64,000 nt of DNA. Origin: an uncultured Candidatus Micrarchaeota archaeon (GTDB taxonomy: Archaea > Micrarchaeota > Micrarchaeia > Micrarchaeales > Micrarchaeaceae). The DNA lies in NCBI GenBank assembly GCA_963741095.1, contig CAVUGN010000005.1:96001-160000 (forward strand), in the 5' to 3' direction. This document shows positions 47,746 to 59,000 of the stretch, one piece after another. Under the pieces are notes generated by a model, which was not told the origin of the DNA, made no database searches, and saw nothing but the letters and a program-made list of their open reading frames with translations. Numbering within the stretch: position 1 is the first letter of the stretch; every line of letters starts with the position of its first letter. Position numbers and translations under genes: made by a program.

Positions 47746-48790
47746 CGCTGACCACGGAGACGATCAGCTCGCTCTTGCCGTACCTTGAGCTCCTTATCGC
47801 GGCGATGCCGGCGACGCCCGCGAGCTCTGCGACAAGCCCGTACTCTTCGTGGAATCTCTTCTGTTCGTTTTTCAGGTCCGCATCGCTCACGGCAACCGCA
47901 TCTCCCTTGCTCGCCTTTATGTCCTCGACGGCCTGGTTGCCGAAGGTCGGATAGCCCACCGCGATGGCATCGGCGGCGGTCTTAGGAACGACATACTTTA
48001 TCCATCGGTCATTTTTGTACGCGGTGACCAAGGGTGCGCATGATTTTGACTGGACGCCGACAAGCATCGGCATCCTGCTTATCCTGCCCGCGACCTTCAT
48101 CTCAGTCAATCCCTTGGCTATGCCGCTTATGAGCGTCGCATTGCCCACCGGTACCATTATGCGGTCCACATCGGGAAGCTGGTCCATTATCTCATAGGCC
48201 ATCGTCTTCTGGCCCTCCTTCCTGTAGCAGTAGTCGCCGACAAGGAAGGCCTTTGCCTTCTCCGAATACGCGAGGGCGAGCTTCTGCGCCTTTGTGAAGT
48301 CTCCCTTGACGTGCACAACGGTAGCGTCATGCTCCGCCATTATGAAGTTGATCTTGTCCTTGTTAGCGGCGTTGCTTATGAACGCCCTCACGCGCAGGCC
48401 CGCGAGCTTCGCGTAGTGCGCTATCGAATAGGCCATGTTGCCCGTCGATGCCACGGAAACTTCATTGTAGCCGTACTCCACCGCCTTGCAGATCTCTATG
48501 ATTGATCCGCGGTCCTTGAAGGACCTTGTCGGATTGTCGGTCTCCATCTTCAGGCACACGTTCTTCATGTCGTGGCTCCCCATCAGCCTTGTCGAGCCGA
48601 TCTCGTAATTCGGATAATCGCAGTCGGGAAGGGCTTGCCTGTAGTCCCAGAACCTGCCTGTGCCGCTTATCTTGGGCATTCTGCCGTCGTAAACCACCTC
48701 CAGCGAGCAGCCGCACCTCTTGCAGAACTGGCCGTCGTAGTCGCTGTCGTACTCCTCTCCGTGGTGATGGCATTTCAGGTGGTATCTCAT
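47732..48790 (-). CDS. thrC: Threonine synthase-like PLP enzyme
   Basis: N-terminal zinc ribbon, NPTRSFKDRG PLP lysine, ASTGN, EGQKT, VPVGNA and SGGN motifs. Confidence 0.88.
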   Translation of the reverse strand: MRYHLKCHHHGEEYDSDYDGQFCKRCGCSLEVVYDGRMPKISGTGRFWDYRQALPDCDYPNYEIGSTRLMGSHDMKNVCLKMETDNPTRSFKDRGSIIEICKAVEYGYNEVSVASTGNMAYSIAHYAKLAGLRVRAFISNAANKDKINFIMAEHDATVVHVKGDFTKAQKLALAYSEKAKAFLVGDYCYRKEGQKTMAYEIMDQLPDVDRIMVPVGNATLISGIAKGLTEMKVAGRISRMPMLVGVQSKSCAPLVTAYKNDRWIKYVVPKTAADAIAVGYPTFGNQAVEDIKASKGDAVAVSDADLKNEQKRFHEEYGLVAELAGVAGIAAIRSSRYGKSELIVSVVSGGNV

Positions 48791-48908
48791 GCAATGACCG
48801 CTATGATCGTCAAATCTGGGCTTCAGTGCGTGTAATTGATAAGAGTAGTGAAATCGCAAAGTTAATATATCATATCTGCCACAGAAATAGTTAGGGTAGG
48901 TGGTAGGA

Positions 48909-50051
48909 ATGATAAAGGTAGTGGGTAACAGGGAGATACTCGAAATAATAGCCATCTTCGTCATCGTCATGACGGTCGGCATACTGATAGCGATTGCCGC
49001 TGTCAGGACCCAGAGCGTCTCGATACTGTCCAACACCCTTCAGGATCCGAGGTTCGCGGATCTCTCCTACGCATTGGATGCCACGCTCGTTTTCATAATA
49101 GCGCTCCTGGTGCTGAGGAGGCACAGCCACCACAGCAACACCATACTGTTCGAGGCTTTGGAGGGCATAGTTATCTCGTTCACGTCGTTCTTCATGTTCC
49201 TGCTCCTGTTCGCCATACTGCTACCGCAGACCGTGACCACCGGTTACATCTACGTGTACGCTGCCGTTATGGCTATAATGCTCGTCATATTCAAGGACAG
49301 GTTCCACAAGCTGAGCGATCTCGCAACGGTGCTGTCGGCCGTCGGGGTCGGGTTGATACTCGGCTTCAACTTCGCCTTCAACTACGCGATACTTATATTC
49401 GCCGCGGTGGCAGTCTACGATTACATAGGAGTGTTCAAGAGCAACGAGATGATTAATCTGGCGAAGGCCTTCTCCTCCAGCAACGTCTCCTTTCTGATAA
49501 GCGTTTCTGATTTGGAGGCGGTGCCCGAATGGGGCCTGAGCCACAAGGAGATCGAGGACTACATGAATTACCTTTCAAGCATTCACGAGCTCAACGACCC
49601 GAAGTTCAAGAAGATACTGCAGAGCGGCAAGCTTCCGGTCATATGCCAGCTCGCGCTTGGCGAGGGGGACCTCAGCCTGCCACTCATGGTGGCGGTCAGC
49701 GCCTGCGTCTCCATCAGCCATGCATTTGCCGGGGTTGTTGTCATAGGCGCGGTTGCAGGCATCTTCCTCACGATGCTGCTGCTCAAGGAGTACAAGCATC
49801 CGATACCCGCAATACCGCCGCTGTTCTCTACGGTCGGCATCGTCTCAGGCATAGCCTTCCTTGTCATACACGCCACTGGCACGTCCCATCTGGGCAACGT
49901 CTCGGGCACCTATCAATTAGGCATATTGATGATTGCGGTGAGCTCGCTGATGATGCTCACAGACATAGTCACCATTGCAAGGAGGATGCACAGGAACAGG
50001 CTGCAGAAAGAGGCTAACATCAGGAGGGACATCAAGAGCGCAGCCATCTGA
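48909..50051 (+). CDS. Presenilin / signal peptide peptidase-like GxGD intramembrane aspartyl protease
   Basis: AVYDYIGV (YD), LGEGD and PAIP (PAL-like) motifs; about nine TMs. Confidence 0.88.
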   Translation: MIKVVGNREILEIIAIFVIVMTVGILIAIAAVRTQSVSILSNTLQDPRFADLSYALDATLVFIIALLVLRRHSHHSNTILFEALEGIVISFTSFFMFLLLFAILLPQTVTTGYIYVYAAVMAIMLVIFKDRFHKLSDLATVLSAVGVGLILGFNFAFNYAILIFAAVAVYDYIGVFKSNEMINLAKAFSSSNVSFLISVSDLEAVPEWGLSHKEIEDYMNYLSSIHELNDPKFKKILQSGKLPVICQLALGEGDLSLPLMVAVSACVSISHAFAGVVVIGAVAGIFLTMLLLKEYKHPIPAIPPLFSTVGIVSGIAFLVIHATGTSHLGNVSGTYQLGILMIAVSSLMMLTDIVTIARRMHRNRLQKEANIRRDIKSAAI

Positions 50052-50054
50052 TCT

Positions 50055-52828
50055 TTATCTCTCTACTGCATCATCGTCGCTTCTCCTTCTCCTGCTGTAG
50101 GCCAAGCCTAGGGCTATTGCAACCGCTATGGCTATCCCGGAGCCCAGAAGCGGGATCAGGGCGTTTGAGCTGGAACCGCTCGTAGAAGTGGTCGAGCTGA
50201 TGGTTGTAGTTGTAGTGGATACCGTTGACGTTGAGGTCGAAGTGGCCTGCGTGGGCTGCTGTGCCGTGGTGGAGCCGGTCGTGCCCGTAGGGATGACGGC
50301 CTGCAGAACCACCGGCTGGCCGTTGATGCGCAGGGTTATCACGTCCTCGTGCATTATCGCCAGGTAGGATATGTTGAGCAGTTCGACATAATATCCGAAT
50401 CCGGTGTTGTTGTAGATCTCCACTGTTGCGTTCGGCGTCAGCACCAACGATTGTCCGTTTATCGTCAGGCCTGCCGAGGTTGGCGTTATGTAGTTGACCT
50501 GTATGTCGAAGATCACGTTCTCCACGTTCAGGCTCTCGGTGTTGTAGTCCGAGAAGTTCAGTATGGTGAAGCCCGTCTGGTTGCCGTTGGTGTAAGGTAC
50601 AACCGTCGGTTTGAATGCTCCGCCGCCTCCGCCCCCACCGCCGCCGCCAACGCCCGTTGGCACTATGGTGGTCGTCGTTGCAGGTGGATTGACCGTCACC
50701 TCTGTCGATGCACCGGTGTTGAGCATGTAGTTTGGCGAGGTGCCCGTGTCCGTCGCCTGTATTTCATAATAGACGCTTGTTGATGGTGTGTCAGTGCAGG
50801 TCACTATCCCGCTGCTGACCACGCAGTTCTGCGTAGATGCAGGGGCAAAGGTTGTGCCATCAGTTGATACCAATAATTGGTACGTTATCGTTCCGGTGCC
50901 GCCTGAAGCGGCGTTGGCCGTCACGGTCTCCGTCTGGCCGTCGGTTATCGGCGATGTTATCTGTATGCCTGAAGGCGCAATGAGCGCGTTGTTGACCGTG
51001 ACCTTTGTCGACGGGCCGGTGTTGAGCATGTAGTTGGGCGATGTTCCCGTGTCCGTGGCCTGTATTTCATAATATGTTCCAGTTGAGGGTGCATTTGTGC
51101 ATGTCACGGTCGCGCCGCTGACAACGCAGTTCTGCGTTGATGCAGGAGCGAAAGTGATGCCGTTGCTGGACACGAGTAATTGGTATGTTATGGGACCAGT
51201 GCCACCAGAGGCAGCGTTGGCAGTCACGGTTTCAGTCTGGCCCGAATCTATTGGCGAGGTTATCGTTATGCCAGAAGGCGCTATGAACGCACCGCTGACC
51301 GTTACGACGCCCGTGTTCGATTGCGCGTTTCCGACCGAATCTGTGACCGTGAGGGTCACAGTGCACATGACGGCCGAAGTGGGCGTGAACATGACTGAGT
51401 TGGTGGTGCTTGACAGTGACGAGCATGCAGGGTCTGAACCGCTGCCGCTCCAGGCGTACTTGACGTATGAAGATGAACCGCCGCTGACACCAGCGTGAAG
51501 CGTGATCGTCTGGCCCAGATCTATTGTAGGGTCCAGTATCACGACAACGAGCGGAGGATAAACGGTCACTTGTGACGAAGGTGCACTGGTTGTCGTTACC
51601 GCGTTGGATGCTGAATCTGTTGCGGTTATCTCGTAGATGTAGTTGCCCGCCGTAGTCGGCGAGTATGTGCATTTTACGGATGATCCTGAGAGCGCGCACG
51701 CCGCGCCGGTTGAGGCGTAGCCGCTGCCGGAATTTGCCAGCAGGCTGTACGTTACCGGTGCGCTTCCGCCCGTCGCAGCATTCGCGACGACGTTCTCGAT
51801 CTGGTTAGCATCTATCGGCGTGTTTGCCGAGGTTATAGAAGGTGTGCCTAGTGCAGGATTTGCGGTGACAGAAGCTGTTCTCTGCGTTGAAGTCGCGCCC
51901 AGCGAGTCCTTCACGATGATCCCGTAGGTCTCGGTGGTTGTCGACGCAACAGTAGGCACGGTTATAGTGCATGTCGGAGAAGTTGTAGAACATGAGCCAG
52001 TGCCTAGACCAGACCATGTGTAAGTGTAAGGCGATGTCCCGCCAGTCGGAGACGCAGTCAGTGTCAGTGCCTGCCCGCTGTCGGATGTCGAAGCGGATGC
52101 GGACAGCGTGACCGTCGGAGACGGTGCGATTGTAGTTGTCGTAGGAACGGTTGTTGTTGGTACTGTTGTTGAGACCGTTGAAGTTGTCGTGGTTGGAATC
52201 GTTGTGGTTGTCGATACAGTCGTGGGTATTGTAGTTGTCGGCACGGTCGTTGTCGGTACGGTTGTTGTCGATACAGTTGTCGAGACCGTTGAAGTTGTCG
52301 TGGTTGGAATCGTTGTGGTTGTCGATACAGTCGTGGGTATTGTAGTTGTCGGCACGGTCGTTGTCGGTACGGTCGTTGTAGGTACCGTTGTCGATGCGGT
52401 GGTTGTCGAAACCGTCGAGGTTGTCGTGGTTGACACGGTGGTGGTTATCCCGCAGTGAGTGGGCATTGGATCCTGTGTGCAGCTTGATTCAGTGCCGCCC
52501 GCACAGGTGCAGTGGTGGGATCCGCATTGCGGGCTTGTGCCGCTGCAGAACCAGTTCCAGCAATTCTCGTAGCTGTCGGCACCGTAGCAAACGACTATGG
52601 TTGTCGTGGGAGCCGTGGTTGTTGACGCCGTAGATGTTGTGGTTGAAGTCGTTGTGGTCGGATACCGTAGTGGAGATTGTCGTCGGCCACCGTGGTGGTC
52701 GTGGTTGAGCCTCTGCAGGCGTACGCTGCCCCCATGAACAGCGAGATGAAAACCAGGACAGACAGTACAAGCCTTAAGGGCCCTGCCGAGTGTGCATGCT
52801 CATCGAAGTTTCGCTTTGAGAAATTCAT
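50055..52828 (-). CDS. Cell-surface glycoprotein (signal peptide, Thr-rich stalk, Ig/PKD-like repeats, C-terminal TM); frameshifted at about 52470-52700
   Basis: Signal LRLVLSVLVFISLFMGAAYA after ATG 52828; 803-aa intact 3' ORF with GGT-x-PY-x-Y repeats, Gly linker, TM and RRRR tail. Confidence 0.8.
52171..52372. repeat. 111-bp-period direct repeat within the Thr-rich stalk
   Basis: GAGACCGTTGAAGTTGTCGTGGTTGGAATC... at 52171 and 52282. Confidence 0.85.
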
Positions 52829-53030
52829 CAAAATCCCGGAATATTTAGGACAGCCATGATGGCTGCATTTTCTTGCACTACGACTCTCATTCAGGAGATA
52901 CTTATGCGTTTGCACCACGTTCGCGGATCGCCGAACATCGAGTAGTGCCTGGCGGCATGCCGGGACTTGACTCCCTACAGCAGCCTAGGGGAGGTTGGGA
53001 TCGGATAACCGCGATGTTGTGGTGGAGCGG

Positions 53031-56000
53031 TTACCTTCTTCTCCTCCTGTTGCCCCTGGAATAGGCTAGGCCTATCGCTATTGCGATCGCAATCGCAACT
53101 CCGCTTCCTACCAGCGGTATGAGGGAATTGCTTGGCGTAGTGCTGCTCTGCTGCACCGTTGTGGTGGACAGCACCGTTGTGGGCAGCGTCGTCGTTGCAG
53201 TTGTAGTTGCCGTGGTCTGCACGGTCGTTGCGGGAACCTGCGTGGTTATGAACGGCCCGTTGGGCTGCCCCCATATCACCAGCGTCATCACGTCCTCGTA
53301 CGCTATCGGCAGGTACGCTATGCTCGTTATGTTCGCATAGTAGGTGTATCCCGCAGGGTCGTCAAGCTTGGTGACGTTGCCGAGCTGCAGCGTGTAGTTG
53401 TGTCCGTTTATCGTAACTCCCGCGCTCGTAGGCGTCAGGAAGTGCACGACAATGGTGAACGTCTTGTTGTTTATGACGACCTGCTGCGTCTCGTAGTCCG
53501 TCAGGTTGATTATCGACCAGCCGGTCTCGTTGTTGTTCGAGTACGACAGCACGGTCGGCTTGAACGTTCCGCCGCCCGCTCCGCCTTCCGCGCCTCGCCG
53601 GTCGAGCCGCTGTTGCTTCCTCCGCCTCCGCCGCCACCGTTGCCGCCACCGTTGCCGCCTGAGCCGCCACCCCCGCTGCCAGATGGTACGCTTGTTACGG
53701 TTATTGACGCGATTGCACTGTTAGCAGTTTCAGGTGATGCTGCCGAGTTGTCTGTGACTCCGACATCGTAGCTGAATGATCCGAGAGCGTTTGTCGTGAA
53801 CGTGCATGTGTTGCCCGTGCACCCCGTCATCACCAGCGCGTTGCCAGAAGTTGTGTTGAAGAAGGTATACGTGAATGGCGCTGTGCCTCTGCTGACGCTT
53901 GCGGTCAGCGTCTCGCTATCTCCAGTCACCGGGCTGGCTGCGCTAGGCGCTATTGATACACCAAGTGTGTCGCTAACAATCACTGTTGCTATGTTTGACA
54001 CCGACATGCCGTTGTTCGAGTCGGTGATCATGACGTTGTAGGTGAATGTTCCAAGCGAGTTGGCAGGCGCAGAGTATGTCGATGCTGTTGCTCCGGTTAT
54101 CGCATTTCCAGAGGTCATGTTGTACCACTGGAAGGCGTAGGTGCCAGAGCCTGGGTTGACAACCACAGTGCTAAGGGTGAATGTCTGACCCAAGTCAACA
54201 TCCACATTTGTAGGTATTGTCACCGCAGGCAGTGCATATACAATCATGGTGTTGCTTAGCGTCTCGCACCCATTCGCTCCGGTGCACGCTCCGCCTGGGT
54301 TGCTTGTGCTGTCCCTGACTTCCACATAAACGTTGTCAGGCCCAACGCCGCTTGACGTAGCAGTGAACACAGCATTACTCGATTGCGAGCTTGTTGGTCC
54401 GTTGAACTGCTGGAACGCAGTCACGCTGTTGCTGTTGACAACGATGAAGTTGTACGTGTACGGTGGAGTTCCGCCATGTATGCTTGCGGTCAGCGTCGAT
54501 AGCTGGCCCACATCGATGGAGTTAGGTATTGCCGCGAACAACGATCCAAGAGCTTCATTTACCTTTATCGTGCTCTGGCTCGTGATGAAAGCGTAGTTGG
54601 GTGTCGTGCCCTCATCTATTATCGCAGCATTGTAGGTGAATGAGCCAATAGCTCCAGTCAGGAAGGATAACCCTCCGCTGCCGCCTGGGCTCAATATGAC
54701 TGTGCTGATGCCCGTTGGAACAGGTGTTATGCCAGACATATTGATTAGCTGGACATTGAAGGGCCCAGTGCCCCCATTTACGGTCAGCTGGTACGTTTCT
54801 ATCTCGCCGGAGTCAAGCACTGACAGAATCGGCGTGAATGTTGCAGTCGGAGCCGGGTTGACCTGAACGTTTAACGAAGCTGCTTGAGTATGCGAAGCAG
54901 AGTCCGTAACGCTTACCGAATACGGTTCGGTAGTAGGTACACTCGTCGTAGGCGATACTGGGCACACGTCTGTCGTGCTTGCAGTAGTTGTATCGCACAC
55001 TGATGCACCAGCACCAGTCCAGGTGTAGGTGTAGCTAGGCGAGCCGCTAATCGCAGTGGCCGTCAGCGTCTCGGTCTGGCCAGAATCTATCGCAGGCGAT
55101 GAGCCCATAAGCGTGACTCCGAACCCTCCAACAGTCACCGTAGAGATTGTAGAGTTTACTATGTAAGGTACCGTTGTGCCCGTATCGGTCACCCGCATCT
55201 TAAAGGACCATGTTCCTTTGCTGTGCTCGGGGTGGTCACGAATGTGTAGAGGTTGCAGCTTGTAGCTCCGGCTATTGACAAGAATGTCGGGCTGCCTGGC
55301 TGCTCGGAGAACCACTGGCACGCAAAGTTGGCAGGGTTACTGCCTCCGGTCGTCGAGCCCGTTAGGATAGAGGAGTTGCCTCCGATGAGCTGTATTGGGC
55401 TGGCGCTCGAGAATGCCAACAGCTGTTGGTAGACAGTCACTCCCTCTTGGTTGATTGCGCTAGCCATCTCTGGCAGGGCGTTGGAACTGTCTGTTACGAA
55501 TACCTGGAACTCCCAGTCTCCTATGGCAGTTGAGGTGTCTGTCTGGAACAGCGTCTGGGTTATGACTGAGCTTGATGTTTGCAGGCTACCTGGGATCGTT
55601 GTGTATGTTAGGTTTGCCGGATCTTCATTTGCCCAGTAAGTGACATATGGCGCCGTGCCCCCCACCACTGAAGATGATTCGACCGAAAGCTGTCCCTGGT
55701 CGACCAGCGAGTGGCTTGATGTCGGCGGTTTGACTGCAAGCGGTTTGTTGACGTTCAGCGTTGAAGAGCTCGACGCAGTTTCAGCTGGAGTTCCAGCAGA
55801 GGCATCGGTCACTGTGACCGAGACAGAGTACCCACTATGCACAGTGGTTGACGTTACTTTGCACGTAGTATCGGATGTACCGCAGCCTGCTGTCTTGGTA
55901 AGGCCCGCTGGTACAGCCCAAGCGTAGGTGTACGGCATTGTGCCTTCAGTCGCTACTGCGGTGTAGGTGTATGACTGACCATTGTCAATGTTTATCGGGG

Positions 56001-59000
56001 TCGGAAGCGGAGCCAGAGCCAGTTCTGGGTTGACCACGATGGTGGTTATAAGAACTGTTCACCTCGCCAGACTTGTCAGTCACTGTAATAAGCACATTGT
56101 ACACTCCAGCCTCAGAGAACATTAGGTGGTTGTTGCCTTGATCGAGTATCTTTCCGCCTTCCGGTTCAGGGCCGCTGGCTAGCGAGTAAGAGGAGAAGAT
56201 GTTGCTGCCAGTGCCTCCGCTTGTATGGTTTGTGAACACTGAGGCCTGATCGATGCTTATCGGTGTATTTACGATGAATGATGTGAATTCGAGTACAGGG
56301 GTCACTGTTATTTTAGTTGATGTAGAGTTGGTCTCTCCAGATGCGTCAGAAACGTCCAGCGTCACCGTGCATGTGCCCTCGCCCGTCTGATGGTTGAACT
56401 GGTATGTGTTGGCGATGGATTCATTCAGGACCGGTGTTCCGCACGACTCTGAGAATTCGTATCCGAATTCATTGCTGCCCGTACCTCCCGATGTGTTGTT
56501 CGTAAAGGTTATCCACTGTCCGCTGCTGATCAGGTTCTGACTTGGGGTCAGTGTTGATAGGTCAAGTGGAGGAGTGACTGCGAGTTGTTCACATGAGCTC
56601 GTGTAGTTGTTGTTGTTCGCATCGCCCGAGAACTTCGCGTCCCAGTAGTATGTTCCAGCTGTTGAGTAAGGAACCGAGCTTGATGGACCGTAGGTTCCAT
56701 CGCTGGATATGGATGGAACAGAGCTCACTGTGGCTTGGCCATCGGTGCAGGCAGAATCGGTGTACGTGTAGAACGTTATTGTGCCTTCGCCTGTTGGATC
56801 AGCCGTGCCCGAAAGCGTCGCGGAATCCGTCTCTGTTTGGTCCGCGCTGATCGTGCCGCTGAGCGTTGTGGAAAGTGTTGGAGATGCCTTGTTGACTGTT
56901 AGAGGCTCGCATGAGCTGGTTGCGGCGTTGTTGTTCGCATCGCCGTTGTACACCGCGGTCCAGGAGTATGGCCCTGCGCTGAATGCCACCTCGGATGAAG
57001 TGGCTGATCCGCTTACCAGAGTCACAGGATCTCCAGCCTGACCAGTTCCGCTGCAGTCAGGGGTTGTGTATGTGTAGAATGTCACTGTGCCCGTTGGGGA
57101 GGCTCCGCCGGTGACTGACGCCATGTCCGTATCGGTCTGACCTGCGGTTATCGGGTTAGTCGTGAGTGTGGTCCCTACAGTTGGTGTTGCTGGGTTGACT
57201 ACCAGCACCTCTGTGTTGCTGTTGGAGCCCAACATTGCAGGTTCGAACGCCGTAGTTGGGATTATGTTAAAGTCGCTCGGTGAGCCGGTTGCCCATGACA
57301 GGTCTATTCCAGACTGCGAGTCGCACGTCTGGTAGTAGTCGATTTCGATCGGGTACCAGCCCGATTCGGCGACTGTGACTGCGCCGGAATGAGTTGGGCT
57401 GTGCCCCTGAATTCCTATACCAAGCCCAGTTGGGTTGGTGTTGGCATCGTTCAGCACCAGGTCCGAAGCGGAGATGGTTGAGCTACCCGGATTGGTGTTT
57501 ATGAAGAGCTGGGACCCGTCGTCACTGTCAAGTTGGAAGTAGTAGGTGGTATCGCCATTAAGATGGATGTACCCAGTCCATTCGGTGCTGAATTCTACAT
57601 TATAGAAGTTAGTATCGCCAACATTGAATCCTGGAGAGGTTTCAACCCAGTAGAAGTCAGAGGCTGAAGCCCCGTGGGCAATGTTTGGATCTATTTCAGT
57701 TGCAGTAGGCGCAGTGCTAGCAAAGCTGGAGCTGCCCTCTGGCCAAGACGCTTCCGATTTGCAGCCTGATGTCCACCCTGGGGCGGGTAGCGGGCTACCA
57801 TAAAAGGATCCTTCCCAGAACGCAGCGTAGAGTCCGGAGCCCGTAAGCGGTGCCGAACTACACGCAGTCGTGTACCCGTTGTTGTTAGTGTTACCATCGT
57901 ATGATGCTTCCCAATAGTATGTTCCCGTAGTTGCCGGAGTGAAAGTATCAGATGTGGCTTGACCTAAACTTACAGACACCGAATCAGGACCAAAAGCAGG
58001 AGTCGTGCAGGAAGAATCTGAGTATGCAGTAAACGTTACGCTGCCTGTTGGATTATCGCCCCCTGACAGGGTGGCCGTGTCTGTTGCGGAGCTGCCGATT
58101 ATAATCGACCCATCTGATGAAACCTGCGTTGAGACAGTTGGTGATGCTTTGTTGACTGTTAGTATCTCACCTTCAACGCCACATGAAGTGGTGGAGCCAG
58201 CGTTGTTGATGTCACCAGTGTAGGATGCCTTCCAGTAGTATGCGCCTGCAGTTGCAGGAGTGAATGAATCAGAGGTGGCAGAGCCGCCGCTAACCGAAAC
58301 TGGTCCGCTGGTGAAGGCGCTGTCAGTACAGGCTTCGTCCGAATACGCAGTGAAGGTCACAGTTCCGCCCACGGTACCGTAACCGCCGGATATAGTTGCA
58401 GTATCAGTTGTAGAACCGCCTATTGTGAACGATGGTGACGCAAGTGACGTACCAACCGATGGTGTTGCCTGCGCGATTGTGAATGGTTCACATGAATAAC
58501 CGGATCCCGCGTAGTTTGAATCACCAGTGTAGGCGCTGGCCTCGTATGAGTATGGTCCTGCATTGAGGTCTGTCATTGAGGTGGACTGAGCGCCGAGTGA
58601 AACGCCCGTCTGTGTGCTGACTGGGGTGCCTTCACATGAGGCACCGTTGTACAGTGTGACTGTCAATGTTCCCGTCGGGGTGAAGCCTCCCACCTGTCCA
58701 GTTGCAGTAGCGGTGTCGTATACTGAGGCGCCAAGTGCCGGAGTGGTCGATGGACTGACTTCAGTACCAATGGTAAGAGTGCCCTGTTGTACCGTGAATG
58801 GTTCACATGAATAACCGGATCCCGCGTAGTTTGAATCACCAGTGTAGGCGCTGGCCTCGTATGAGTATGGTCCTGCATTGAGGTCTGTCATTGAGGTGGA
58901 CTGAGCGCCGAGTGAAACGCCCGTCTGTGTGCTGACTGGGGTGCCTTCACATGAGGCACCGTTGTACAGTGTGACTGTCAATGTTCCCGTCGGGGTGAAG

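Noticed and set aside
52913-53024. 5S rRNA, SRP RNA or RNase P RNA identity for the structured segment
   Set aside because: CCGAAC is present but not in 5S context, and I see neither the SRP helix 8 motif nor the RNase P GAGGAAAGTCC motif.
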